A stretch of 64,000 nucleotides of DNA, taken from Simkania sp. GTDB taxonomy: Bacteria > Chlamydiota > Chlamydiia > Chlamydiales > Rhabdochlamydiaceae. Position numbers and translations under genes: made by a program. Shown one piece after another: positions 27,478 through 37,984 of the stretch (position 1 is the first letter of the stretch; each line of letters opens with the position of its first letter). The stretch lies in assembly GCA_018333475.1 (NCBI GenBank), contig JAGXTH010000021.1:4723-68722 (forward strand), written 5' to 3'. The notes beneath the pieces were generated by a model. It ran no database searches. It saw only the letters and a program-made list of their open reading frames with translations, and was not told the origin of the DNA.

Positions 27478-28747
27478 AAAAATAATAGTTTATTTATTAG
27501 TTTTTGCTTTTATTGCATTTAATGCGGGTCAGCTTTTTTCTGAGGAGGATCCTTTGAACCGATCTTCTTTGCAATTAGAAACATTGATTGAGGAAGTTTT
27601 GAGACGTAATCCGAACCTAGAAGCAGCGAAGGAACGCATTCAGGCCGCAGCTGAAGTTGTCCCTCGAGTTCAAGTGATCGATGATCCTGAATTTAGATTT
27701 ATGAGCGATTTTAATAACTTTAAATCCAATAGCGAATTTCTCCCCATGCTTCAATATCAAATTTCTCAAACGTTTCCTTTCCCTGGAAAACTTGGATTAA
27801 AAGGCAAAGTAGCTGCTGAGATTCTTAAACAATTTCAAAACGCTAAAATTACTACAGCGAAAGATTTAATTGTTCAGGCAAAAAAAATATATTTTAAGTT
27901 AGTTTTCAATCAATCATCTTTATTGATTAACGAAAACAATCGCGAAATAGCAAAAAACATCATAGATGACAGTTTATCCTTATATAGGTCAGGCACAAAA
28001 GGTTATGAAGAGGTCATAAAGGCCCAAATAGAACTACAAACTTTGGATGAAGAGCTATTAACAATCGAAGCAGAGCGTATTTTTATTGTTTCGATGCTCA
28101 ATGCCATCCTCAATCGACCTCAAAATGAGCCAATAGGCCAAGCAGTAGAAGTCGTAAGCTCTCCAACGCATCTTCCGTTTCAAAGGTTAGAAGCGATTGC
28201 GATGCAGCAGCGTCCAGAGTTAAAAGAACTAAAAGCAATGGTAATGGAACAAGAAATGATGGCTAAACTTGCTAAGAGAGAGTATTTCCCCGACATAACA
28301 ATCGCAGCAGGTTACGAGCAAATGACCAAAAATCTAAGTGATAATGCCTGGGAAGCAAGCATTTCATTTAAAATTCCTCTTTGGGTAGGTCAAAGGCAAA
28401 GGCGGCAAGTTCGCGAAGCTAAAGCGAAGGCATCGGCCAATACTAATGCACTTCTAGGAATGAAAGCGATGATTCAAGGTCAGATTAAAGATATCCTTGG
28501 AAAGCTCAAGGCAGTCGAAGAAAAACTTCTCTTATATGAAACAGGTTTACTTCCTAAAGTTTTGGAAGCTCTTAAAGCTGCTGAAATTAGTTATCGAACT
28601 GGAAAAGGGGATTTTTTGATTCTTCTCGACACCCGTAGACAATACCAAAATATCGAATTGACCTTTGAGGGAATCAAAGCTGAAAGAGAAACACTGCTCG
28701 CTGAATTAGAGCGTGCGGTTGGAGTGCCTTTGGAGGAAATACAATGA
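27461..28747 (+). CDS. TolC-family outer membrane efflux protein (CusC/CzcC-like)
   Basis: 428 aa, signal/TM-like N-terminus and two OEP-type coiled repeats. First gene of a three-gene RND operon with overlapping stops and starts. Confidence 0.75.
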   Translation: MLILDKKIIVYLLVFAFIAFNAGQLFSEEDPLNRSSLQLETLIEEVLRRNPNLEAAKERIQAAAEVVPRVQVIDDPEFRFMSDFNNFKSNSEFLPMLQYQISQTFPFPGKLGLKGKVAAEILKQFQNAKITTAKDLIVQAKKIYFKLVFNQSSLLINENNREIAKNIIDDSLSLYRSGTKGYEEVIKAQIELQTLDEELLTIEAERIFIVSMLNAILNRPQNEPIGQAVEVVSSPTHLPFQRLEAIAMQQRPELKELKAMVMEQEMMAKLAKREYFPDITIAAGYEQMTKNLSDNAWEASISFKIPLWVGQRQRRQVREAKAKASANTNALLGMKAMIQGQIKDILGKLKAVEEKLLLYETGLLPKVLEALKAAEISYRTGKGDFLILLDTRRQYQNIELTFEGIKAERETLLAELERAVGVPLEEIQ

Positions 28748-29883
28748 ATTTAGCCATAATTTTTCTTTTAATCTCTTCAAATTTGTTAGTTGCTAGTCCT
28801 TCCATGGAGAACATGTCCAAAAAGCAAAACCATATTACAGGTTATGCCGAAGTAGAAATAGATCCAGAAAGGGTGCAGCTTTATGGAATCACGACAGAAA
28901 AAATCATTGTGCGCGATTTGACCAAAACAATACGCACTGTTGGCATTGTCGAAGTCGATGAGAGAAGAATTGCGTATGTTCAGACAAAGTTTGAAGGATG
29001 GATTGAAGAGCTTTTCGTCAATTTTACGCAGATTCCGGTGAACGTAGGTCAACCTTTATTCACTGTTTATAGCCCCGAATTGTTAACAGCCCAAGAGGAG
29101 TATTTGTTAGCCCTTCGAGATGTGCAGCATCCGGTACAAGGGAGATTTGGACAAGAATTACAACAATCGAATCTAGCTTTACTAGAAGCAGCTCAGAGGC
29201 GTTTGGAATTATGGGATGTTCCAGAAGAAGAGATCGAAAGATTGCAGAAGACTCGTATTGCCTCTAAAACCCTTACTATTGACTCCCCTGTAGAAGGGAT
29301 CGTCTTAAATAAAAATGCTCTTGTTGGCATGAATGTAGAACCGGGAATGAATATTTTCACGATTGCCGATCTTTCCCATGTTTGGGTTTTAGCAGATATT
29401 TACGAGCAAGATATTTCCTGGTTAAAAATAGGACAAAAAGCAGCTCTTTCTCTTCCGACTTTCCCTGGGAAAACTCTTAATGGGACAGTGTCATTTGTCA
29501 ATTATGTTGTGGAACCAAGTACACGCACGATGAAAGTGCGTTTCGATTTCAATAATCCCAGCTATCTATTAAAACCAGGCATGTATGCAACAGTTGAAAC
29601 CAAAATTAATATGGGCCCGGCATTAGCAGTGCCAGAAACAGCGATCGTTGATACTGGGAAAAGGAAAATAGTCTTTGTAGTGGTGGGAAGAGGACGTTTC
29701 AAACCAGTAGATGTGAGGCTGGGTTTTAAAGCAGGACCTTATTATCAAGTCCTTAGCGGCCTTACTCTCGATGAAGAGGTTTTAACAAGCGCTCAATTTT
29801 TAATGGATTCAGAAAGTCGGCTAAAGGCATCGGGTGGAGGCATGCAAGGAATGGAAGAAATGGGGAAAAAGAAAAAACCATGA
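28744..29883 (+). CDS. Efflux RND transporter periplasmic adaptor subunit (CusB/CzcB-like)
   Basis: HlyD/MFP-like layout (beta-barrel/lipoyl motifs SPVEGIV, GMxV) and position between the OMP and the RND pump. 4-nt overlaps on both sides. Confidence 0.8.
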   Translation: MNLAIIFLLISSNLLVASPSMENMSKKQNHITGYAEVEIDPERVQLYGITTEKIIVRDLTKTIRTVGIVEVDERRIAYVQTKFEGWIEELFVNFTQIPVNVGQPLFTVYSPELLTAQEEYLLALRDVQHPVQGRFGQELQQSNLALLEAAQRRLELWDVPEEEIERLQKTRIASKTLTIDSPVEGIVLNKNALVGMNVEPGMNIFTIADLSHVWVLADIYEQDISWLKIGQKAALSLPTFPGKTLNGTVSFVNYVVEPSTRTMKVRFDFNNPSYLLKPGMYATVETKINMGPALAVPETAIVDTGKRKIVFVVVGRGRFKPVDVRLGFKAGPYYQVLSGLTLDEEVLTSAQFLMDSESRLKASGGGMQGMEEMGKKKKP

Positions 29884-32800
29884 TCGGTAAACTCATCGAA
29901 CTCAGTGCAAGAAATCGCCTTATCGTTTTTATTATTACTGGTCTTGTTTTGATCTGGTCAGTGTGGACGATTCGTAAAACCCCATTGGATGCTCTACCTG
30001 ATCTATCCGATGTCCAGGTGGTCATATTTACTGAATGGATGGGACGCAGTCCCAATCTTATAGAAGATCAAATTACTTATCCCATTGTGACGACTTTTCT
30101 TGGAGCTCCAAAAGTGAAATTAGTCAGGGGTTTCACTATGTTTGGGATGTCTTTTGTCTCGGTAATTTTTCAAGATGGTACGGATCTTTACTGGGCACGG
30201 AGTCGCACACTTGAATACTTGTCTAAAATACAAGGGCAATTGCCTGAAGGAGTAACGCCCATAATAGGACCTGATGCAACCGGTGTTGGATGGGTATTTG
30301 AATATGCTCTCATTGATGAATCAGGAAAATATAACCTTCAAGAGCTGCGCAGTTTTCAAGACTGGTATTTGCGCTATTGGCTTCAATCCGTTCCAGGAGT
30401 TGCTGAAGTTGCAAGTGTGGGAGGCTATCAAAAAGAATATCAAGTAGAGATCGATCCGACGAGACTTCAAGCTTTTGATCTTTCGATTGCCGATATTAAA
30501 GAAGCAGTTCGCCTATCTAATGAAGATGTCGGAGGTAGAGTTATCGAAATGGCCGAACATGAATATGCCGTACGCGGGCGTGGGTATATTACGAATCCAG
30601 AGATGCTTGAACAGGTCGTAGTGGGGACTGATCAAAAAGGAACCCCCATTCTCATCAGAGACATAGGACGTGTCCAGATTGGAGGGAATATTCGTAGGGG
30701 ACTTGCGGAGCTCAATGGGGAAGGAGAAGTAGTAGGTGGGATTGTTGTAATGCGATTTGGCGAAGACACAGCGAAAGTCATTGATCGAGTCAAAGGAAAG
30801 ATCAAGGAAATGGAGCCCTCTTTTCCTCCGGGAATAAAATTAGTGACCACTTATGACAGGTCCACTCTGATCAGGAATTCTGTAAACACTCTATCAGAGG
30901 CATTGATCGAAGAAATTATCATTGTTTCCTTGGTCATTTTGATCTTTCTCTTCCATTTTCGATCTACCCTTGTCTCTATTATCACTTTGCCGATTGCGAT
31001 CATGATCTCTTTTATCCCGATGTATTACATGGGAATTAATGCCAATATAATGTCACTTGCAGGAATCATCATCGCCATAGGAGATATTGTCGATTCTGCC
31101 GTTATCATGACGGAAAATGCCCATAAAAAATTAGAGCAGGAAGGGGGAAAAAGGCCACGAGTTGAACTGATCATTGAAGCAGCAAAAGAAATCGGCCCCA
31201 GCATTTTTGCCGCACTCTTGGTCATTGTTGTTGGATTTCTTCCCGTTTTTGTTCTTCAAGAGCAAGAAGGGCGCCTATTTTCTCCCTTGGCTTATACCAA
31301 AACATTCTCCGTTGTTTTTGGAGCGCTTCTTGGAGTGACTTTGGTTCCTGCACTTATGGTCACGTTTATTCGGGGGAAAATCAAGCCTGAAATGAAAAAT
31401 CCAGTCACAAGAGTTTGCATAGCTGCCTATAAACCTATCCTACGATTTTGCATGCGTTTTCGGTATGTTGTAGTATCAGGATGTCTTCTTCTCATCCTTG
31501 CCACCATTCCCATCTACTACAAACTAGGGTCTGAATTTATGCCGCCTTTAGATGAAGAGACGATTCTCTTCATGCCGATTACGACACCGGGAATCTCTAT
31601 TGAAGCTGCCAAACAGCTGGTGCAGACACAAGATAAGATTTTACGCAGTTTTCCGGAGGTTCAATCTGTTTTTGGCAAAGCGGGCAGAGCCGAAACCCCC
31701 ACAGACCCGGCTCCACTTTCAATGATTGAAACTGTCATTACCTTAAAACCAAAATCCGAATGGCGTAAAGGCATGACCAAGGATAAATTGATTGAAGAAA
31801 TGGACCAGGCTCTTCAATTTGTGGGCGTTCAAAATGCTTTTACAATGCCCATTAAAGCCCGTATTGACATGTTGACTACGGGCATCCGTACTCCTATTGG
31901 AATCAAAATCTTCGGAACAAATTTAGCAGAAATTGCATTGCTTGGAGAAGATTTAGAAAAGATACTTAAAAATGTCCCTGGCACACGCAGTGTGTATGCA
32001 GAACGCGAAATGGGAGGGTTCTTTATTGATTTTATTCCAAACCGCGAGGCTCTTGCACGTTATGGGCTCACAATCATGGATGTGAATAATATTGTTGAAA
32101 CAGCGATTGGAGGTATCGATGTAAATACAACAACAATAGAGGGACGTGAAAGATATAAAATTAATGTGCGTTATCCTAGAGAATTGCGCAATGATATTGA
32201 TAAGTTAAAACAAGTCCTTGTTCCGATTCAGGTGAAGTCAGAAGCTATGGGACGCGTAGCTCATGTTCCACTTGGACAGCTTGGTGAAATTAAAGCAACA
32301 ATGGGACCTCCTATGATCAAGGACGAGATGGGGTCATTAAGCGGTTGGGTCTATATTGACATCGAAGGCCGAGATATTGGGGGATATGTTAAGGATGCAA
32401 AAAAAGTCGTCGCTCAAAACTTAAAACTTCCTACAGGATATTACCTCAAATGGACCGGTCAATATGAGTTTTTAGAAAGGGTTCAAGCGCTAATGAAAGT
32501 AGTCATTCCTCTTACCTTGTTGATTATTGCATTCATTCTTTATCTCAATTTCAGGGGGATCGCGCAAACTCTAATTGTCATGCTCTCTGTTCCTTTTGCT
32601 GCAATTGGCGCCATTTGGCTCTTGTTCTTTGTGAATTATAACACCTCAGTTGCCGTTTGGGTTGGCATGATTGCTTTATTGGGCACAGCAGCGGAAACGA
32701 CCGCCATCATGGTTGTGTATCTAGATGAAGGATTTAAAAAATGGACAGAAGGGGGGCGGATAAATTCTCAAGAGGATCTGTTAACCATGACGGTTGAGCA

Positions 32801-33035
32801 CGGAGCCTCTAGAGTAAGACCTTTAATCATGGCTGTTGCTCTCAATATCTTCGGACTTCTTCCCATCATATGGAGCGGAGGCGTTGGATCGGATGTTGCT
32901 AAACGTATTGCTGCTCCTTTATGGGGAGGGCTCATTTCGTTGACACTTCTCACTTTATTCGTGGTCCCAGCAGTCTATGTTATTTGGAGAAGCATTCAAT
33001 TTCGAAACATCAAATTTGTGTCCAAAAAAGTTTAG
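29880..33035 (+). CDS. Heavy-metal efflux RND pump, CusA/CzcA family
   Basis: 1051 aa, 12-TM architecture. N-terminal LDALPDLSDVQVVIFTEW and other blocks are characteristic of the HME-RND (CusA/CzcA) family. Confidence 0.88.
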   Translation: MIGKLIELSARNRLIVFIITGLVLIWSVWTIRKTPLDALPDLSDVQVVIFTEWMGRSPNLIEDQITYPIVTTFLGAPKVKLVRGFTMFGMSFVSVIFQDGTDLYWARSRTLEYLSKIQGQLPEGVTPIIGPDATGVGWVFEYALIDESGKYNLQELRSFQDWYLRYWLQSVPGVAEVASVGGYQKEYQVEIDPTRLQAFDLSIADIKEAVRLSNEDVGGRVIEMAEHEYAVRGRGYITNPEMLEQVVVGTDQKGTPILIRDIGRVQIGGNIRRGLAELNGEGEVVGGIVVMRFGEDTAKVIDRVKGKIKEMEPSFPPGIKLVTTYDRSTLIRNSVNTLSEALIEEIIIVSLVILIFLFHFRSTLVSIITLPIAIMISFIPMYYMGINANIMSLAGIIIAIGDIVDSAVIMTENAHKKLEQEGGKRPRVELIIEAAKEIGPSIFAALLVIVVGFLPVFVLQEQEGRLFSPLAYTKTFSVVFGALLGVTLVPALMVTFIRGKIKPEMKNPVTRVCIAAYKPILRFCMRFRYVVVSGCLLLILATIPIYYKLGSEFMPPLDEETILFMPITTPGISIEAAKQLVQTQDKILRSFPEVQSVFGKAGRAETPTDPAPLSMIETVITLKPKSEWRKGMTKDKLIEEMDQALQFVGVQNAFTMPIKARIDMLTTGIRTPIGIKIFGTNLAEIALLGEDLEKILKNVPGTRSVYAEREMGGFFIDFIPNREALARYGLTIMDVNNIVETAIGGIDVNTTTIEGRERYKINVRYPRELRNDIDKLKQVLVPIQVKSEAMGRVAHVPLGQLGEIKATMGPPMIKDEMGSLSGWVYIDIEGRDIGGYVKDAKKVVAQNLKLPTGYYLKWTGQYEFLERVQALMKVVIPLTLLIIAFILYLNFRGIAQTLIVMLSVPFAAIGAIWLLFFVNYNTSVAVWVGMIALLGTAAETTAIMVVYLDEGFKKWTEGGRINSQEDLLTMTVEHGASRVRPLIMAVALNIFGLLPIIWSGGVGSDVAKRIAAPLWGGLISLTLLTLFVVPAVYVIWRSIQFRNIKFVSKKV

Positions 33036-33078
33036 TATTTGATGGGAATAGATCTATTTTTCGGATAAATTCTCCTTT

Positions 33079-36000
33079 TTATCTTCTCTCATAAATACAG
33101 TTCGCAGTAGCTCGAATGAAAAAATCCTCAAAGGGAAAATGGGCAATGAGCTCCGTTTCAGTCCTGGGAAAGGATTTGAAAAAAAGAGGGCTAGCGACGA
33201 AAAGAAATTTTTTTCTCGCCCGGCTGATCGAAACGTTGAATCTGCGATAGTCTTTCAAAAAGGCGCTGTGGAGGCTCTCTCGATCTGACACTGTAGTGGA
33301 GAAAAGCACGAGATCGAATTCTTGACCTTGCATGCGCTCTACCGTATCGATTTTGGGATGTCTGATGGAAAAGGGAAGGGTTTCTTTCAGGGCATTGAGG
33401 ATTGTATTGTTTTGGAGTCGATGCGGAGAAATAATGCCGATTTCATCGATGGGAAAAGAGTAGTCTAAGGTGAGACGTTTGACTGCCTGCGCGATCCAGA
33501 GGGCCTCTTCTTTAGAAGACTGAAGATTTCCTTCATGCTCCACAGGCACAACAACTAATGGTTTGAGCGGGTCGAGATATGCGTCGATGGAGTCGGCAAA
33601 CAGAGGGAAATGCGGCAGCTCTAGTCTTTGATCTGCTGCGGAGCTTTGAAGCTCTTGGTCATACCAATGCCGACTGACAAATTGGCAAATCAGATCATTC
33701 ATGCGGTAAGTTTCATTCAATCGAAGGTGATGTTGAGGGCCGAAGCGAGAGATGAGTTCCGCTAAGATGGAACAAGCGGGGATATCTGCCGTCACAATAG
33801 GGGCTAGTTGCTGGGTATCTCCATAGAATAGGGCATTCCCTTTGCCAAATACGAGACTTAAAAGTGCGTAGGAAGGGAGCACTTGCGAGGCTTCGTCAAA
33901 AATAACCCAGTCGAAAACTCGCGGGAATTGCTTGTCTTCGAGGAGTTGATAGACGCCAAATCCTGTGGCGCCGAGAATAAAGCTTGTGTTTTGCATAAGC
34001 GGTTTACCGTCTTGCAGCGGCTCTACGCCAGACTTTGCCTCAGCAAAGCGTCCATATTTCCAGATAGGGATTTTTTCTTTTTGGTCGAGAGTGCGCGCGA
34101 CTTTGAGCAAAATTTGATCGATGGCTTGGTGTGTGAGTGCTGTCACCAAAATTTTGATCGGACGATGGATAGATTTTGCATGAGCAATAAGGGCGATCAA
34201 TGTCCAGACGAGAAGATGGGTTTTGCCGGTGCCTGGAGGGCCTTCGATGAGGCCTATGTTTTTTAAAAATGGGAAGAGAAGAGCCTGTTTCTGCATTGAA
34301 TTTAGATCCGCTCTTTCGGCGTGACAGGAATACCATTGCTCTACCCACTCTGCCGCCATTGTTAGGGAATTTTTTCCATGGCCGTGGAGCATATGGATGA
34401 GCTCAGGTCTAAATTTAGGGTCTTTTAATCGATGTAAAACAGTTTCGATTTTGGGCGCATTCCAGTCTGTCGCACATTCATCTATGGCGTATAATTGGTT
34501 TTTGCTGAGGGGCATTCTGTCAGACAAGGACTGAACGGAAAGGGTCCCTTCTTCGGGAGAGTAGGAAGTAAGGATGACAGAAAAGCCGTCTTGAATCTGC
34601 GTACTATTCGCAATCGATAATTTGAGAAAGTCGCCGACTCGAAATTTGGCAATAGGCGCTTTTGGATCGATTGAAAAGAAGTAGCGAAGCTCTCGCTCTT
34701 CTGAAACGACGCCTAAAAAAACTAAGGGGCCGATGGCGCGAAACTGTTCTACGCGCGTGGGCAAGGGTTTTTTCTGAAAAGCTAACGTAGCAAAGGTGCG
34801 CTCTTCCCATTCCTGACGTTGCGTGAAGAGGTAACTATCAATAAGACCCGTCGGAGGCGGCACTAAGGAGCGGATACATTTTATATGGGAGGCGCACCAA
34901 CTCCAAATTTGTTTGCATACGTCAGGGGAGACGCACACATCGTCGTGGTATAGACTGATCGGCGGAGGTGGGTTATCCATAAGGCCTAAGCACCTACCCA
35001 CCTGGGTTGCGGTGAGACGCCCATCGACAGGCCAGATAAAGTGTTTTTGCAGAAAAGACTGGATCGATGGCCAGTCATCGACCTTTGGAGGAAAATCGAT
35101 GGACTCGGATTCGACACAGACAATCGCTGGCACATAAGTGGGCACCTGACTTTTCAACAAAGTTTCTTGATAACAGTAAGAAAAGTAGCGGCAGGAGGTA
35201 CAGCTGGAGTTCAAGGAGTATTGGTTGGGAGGTTTCATTGAATCGGCTCGCCATCCAGCGATGAGATGGGGCATCCAACTTGTAAAATGGGCTAGCGCGA
35301 AGGGAGTCCGTTTTTGCTCGGCTCCGCTGCGGTGGACAAGACCTGCGCAATCGGAAATTGTCACGGGAGCTCCCTCTAAAAAGCGCTCGAGTAAGTAGAC
35401 GTAAAACGCAAGTCGCCATTTCTGGGTATAGGAGAAATTTTCCTGATCTTTGATGTCCCACACCTCAAGACAAACATGGGAGCCTTCGTATTTCAGATAG
35501 ATAAGATCAGGACTTCCCCTCATTGGGAAGGGGTGATCGATTGTGAGTTTTGCTCGCGCTAAAAATAGAGAGGTCTGGCTGGCAATTACCTCGTCAATCG
35601 CCTGTTTCAACGTAAAATCAGCAGTTTCGAAGCGTACATTTTCTAATGTTTCGAAGACCTGTTTTTTAAAGTCGCTTTTTTGCCAAGCCTTTTGAAGGCG
35701 AGGATGTGGCTCTATGGAAAACCCAACACGCTGAAAGTGAGCCAATCTCGGACATATTTTTTGCGCAACATAGTTTTGTATCTGACTCGCTGTCAACCCG
35801 CGATCCACATCATGAGGTATTTCTGGAAACGAGACCTGCCCCCACGCCTGTCTCTCATCTTTGAAGGACCAGGGCTTGCCCTGCAGAGGGATGAGCTTCT
35901 CTGTCAGGAGACTGTCGCTCTGAAGCGGTGGAGGCTTTGGGCTAGATTCTGCTGCGTACTTTTCAAAATGCTCCAACACTCTCAGATCTAGGAGAGCAGA

Positions 36001-37875
36001 ACAAATCTCTTTTTTTTGAAGATCCTCCGGCAGTGAAGAGAGCCAGCTGTTCCACGAAAAGGCCTGTCGCAAAAGAAGTAAATGGGCGTCTACCCACTCT
36101 TGGAACAGGAGCTCGGTAGAGGGAAGCGTTAGGGTTTCGAATGGGATCCACTCATTGCTTTCAATGCCAAGCTCATCAAAACGGACAAATAGTCCTTCGA
36201 TTTTAGCGGACAATTGATGTTTGATTTGGGTGTAAAGGATAAAATTTCCAACCGTACCCAAAAACGTTTTGTAAGCGTAGGCGCCACTCCTCAGGCGATG
36301 CACATAAAGGCCATCTTTGTCTTGGGCGTAAGGTTGCCTTGCCTTCTCTAACAAGCGCCTCGTGCGAGTAAGCATTCCTTGCGGCAGGTAGCCACCTAAC
36401 AAAATGGATCTCATAGCTTGTGCTACTTCGAAAGAAATCGGCGCTCCGCAACCACACCAAGAGAGTTCCTTAACTATAGGTTGATCTGATACTTCGACGA
36501 AGACCTCTCTAGAGGCTTTCTTTTCCTCAATCTGGAGCAATTTCAATCCTTTGCCAGTGAGTTGAAAAATATCGCCAATCTCTAGCTGCTTGACGACAGA
36601 TAAGGGCAATGAGGCGATCACCTCTTTTTCTAAAATCACCTCGTATTCTTCATCTGCCGGAGGAAAATTGCTCCAAATCTGCTGTCTTTGCAAAGCAATC
36701 TTATAGCGCCATCCGCCAGAAAATAAACCTGACTCTTGTCTTGACTGCAGCCAATCCTTGACGACCATCTTTTCCATAATAGAAGGCAGATCGGCTGCGT
36801 TAAAAAGCGCATTTAACGAATTGCCTGAGATGGCTTTTTTTGCATAGAGACACGATAAAATTTGCTGAAACAACACGCTATAGTGATTTGCCGGAAGCCG
36901 TTTTTCTAGCTTATTTTTCAAGGCATGCTCAAATAGAGCGAGAAATCGAAGGAGATGACGCTCTGCCTCGGCACCATAGCAGACGCCCCAAAATTTCAGG
37001 GTTTTTTGTCTGCGGTTTCCCCTTCCGATTCGCTGTAAAAAGGCCGTTGTCGAAGGTGGCGGCCCTATCAAGACAACACCGTCGATATCTCCGATGTCGA
37101 TGCCCATCTCTAACGTACTCGTGGCGATGCAAAGGCTTTCTTTGCGAGCGCGAAAAGAAGATTCAATGAAACGCCGCTCTTTAGTAGAAAGATTCGAATA
37201 GTGAAGAAGAACATTGTTAGAAAACCTCCCCTCATAATTCAAAATTTCAAATAATTGCTCACATTTTTTGCGGCTATTTGCAAAGATCAATAACTTTTTG
37301 CAATTACCAAGAGATAATAGATCATCAAAAAACGAAACCAATTCTCGCCTCTCGTCTACAATGTGGGCCCAACAAGGCTCTAGTTTCCGGATCGCAGATT
37401 GTTGATAATAAAACACATTCTTTAGATGAAAAAACGTGCTAATTTCATCCGGATCTCCAGTGGTGGCAGATAAGGTTAATATTTGCAGATCCCCTCTCGA
37501 TTGCACTTCAAGTCGACGACGCAGATAGAACAGCTGAGATCCGCGCTCCGTTCGAAGAAAGGTGTGTACCTCATCGATAATCAGGACATAAACATGTTTT
37601 AAAAAATATTTATTTTCCGGATTTTGGCTGCCCAAAAGGACATCTAACGACTCTGGAGTGAGGATCAAAAGGTGGGGTTTTGCGTCTTGTAGAGTTTTTC
37701 CATCCCCTGTGCGAATTCCCGATTTTAGCCCTAACTGTTTATACAGAGGTTGAATCCTCCGATGCATATCCAAAGCTAATGCACGTGTGGGGACGATGTA
37801 AAGGATAGTGAAGTGGCCAGGATGGGTCATCAGTCGCTCTGTTGCAGGAGCCAATACCGCTTCTGTTTTCCCCAA
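33079..37875 (-). CDS. Giant fusion: SF2 DExH (Lhr-like) helicase, Cas4/RecB-like PD-(D/E)xK nuclease with Cys cluster, and SF1 (AAA_11/AAA_12, Dna2/Upf1-like) helicase. The reading frame is open upstream to 38025.
   Basis: SF2: (AGTGL)GKTEA, VPTRALA, IIDEVH, LSAT, TSTLEMGIDIG, QRIGRGNRR. Nuclease: SPDLIYL...LEVWDIKD...QKWRLAFYVY...CTSCRYFSYC (about nt 35160-35530). SF1: GPPGTGKTH (about 34218-34242), VIFDEASQV (about 33881-33907), GDTQQLAP, ETYRMN, VERMQGQEFD, FNVSISRARKK. The listed TTG start (37875) falls inside the Walker A motif. Confidence 0.8.
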   Translation of the reverse strand: MGKTEAVLAPATERLMTHPGHFTILYIVPTRALALDMHRRIQPLYKQLGLKSGIRTGDGKTLQDAKPHLLILTPESLDVLLGSQNPENKYFLKHVYVLIIDEVHTFLRTERGSQLFYLRRRLEVQSRGDLQILTLSATTGDPDEISTFFHLKNVFYYQQSAIRKLEPCWAHIVDERRELVSFFDDLLSLGNCKKLLIFANSRKKCEQLFEILNYEGRFSNNVLLHYSNLSTKERRFIESSFRARKESLCIATSTLEMGIDIGDIDGVVLIGPPPSTTAFLQRIGRGNRRQKTLKFWGVCYGAEAERHLLRFLALFEHALKNKLEKRLPANHYSVLFQQILSCLYAKKAISGNSLNALFNAADLPSIMEKMVVKDWLQSRQESGLFSGGWRYKIALQRQQIWSNFPPADEEYEVILEKEVIASLPLSVVKQLEIGDIFQLTGKGLKLLQIEEKKASREVFVEVSDQPIVKELSWCGCGAPISFEVAQAMRSILLGGYLPQGMLTRTRRLLEKARQPYAQDKDGLYVHRLRSGAYAYKTFLGTVGNFILYTQIKHQLSAKIEGLFVRFDELGIESNEWIPFETLTLPSTELLFQEWVDAHLLLLRQAFSWNSWLSSLPEDLQKKEICSALLDLRVLEHFEKYAAESSPKPPPLQSDSLLTEKLIPLQGKPWSFKDERQAWGQVSFPEIPHDVDRGLTASQIQNYVAQKICPRLAHFQRVGFSIEPHPRLQKAWQKSDFKKQVFETLENVRFETADFTLKQAIDEVIASQTSLFLARAKLTIDHPFPMRGSPDLIYLKYEGSHVCLEVWDIKDQENFSYTQKWRLAFYVYLLERFLEGAPVTISDCAGLVHRSGAEQKRTPFALAHFTSWMPHLIAGWRADSMKPPNQYSLNSSCTSCRYFSYCYQETLLKSQVPTYVPAIVCVESESIDFPPKVDDWPSIQSFLQKHFIWPVDGRLTATQVGRCLGLMDNPPPPISLYHDDVCVSPDVCKQIWSWCASHIKCIRSLVPPPTGLIDSYLFTQRQEWEERTFATLAFQKKPLPTRVEQFRAIGPLVFLGVVSEERELRYFFSIDPKAPIAKFRVGDFLKLSIANSTQIQDGFSVILTSYSPEEGTLSVQSLSDRMPLSKNQLYAIDECATDWNAPKIETVLHRLKDPKFRPELIHMLHGHGKNSLTMAAEWVEQWYSCHAERADLNSMQKQALLFPFLKNIGLIEGPPGTGKTHLLVWTLIALIAHAKSIHRPIKILVTALTHQAIDQILLKVARTLDQKEKIPIWKYGRFAEAKSGVEPLQDGKPLMQNTSFILGATGFGVYQLLEDKQFPRVFDWVIFDEASQVLPSYALLSLVFGKGNALFYGDTQQLAPIVTADIPACSILAELISRFGPQHHLRLNETYRMNDLICQFVSRHWYDQELQSSAADQRLELPHFPLFADSIDAYLDPLKPLVVVPVEHEGNLQSSKEEALWIAQAVKRLTLDYSFPIDEIGIISPHRLQNNTILNALKETLPFSIRHPKIDTVERMQGQEFDLVLFSTTVSDRESLHSAFLKDYRRFNVSISRARKKFLFVASPLFFKSFPRTETELIAHFPFEDFFIRATANCIYERR

Positions 37876-37984
37876 CCCCGTACCGGCTTGGAGTATGACA
37901 TCTCTTTTTTCAAGAACCGGTTGGATGAGCGCTTTTTGTGCAGCAGTTAAAGAAGCAAATCTCCCGAAAAAGGGACGATATGTG

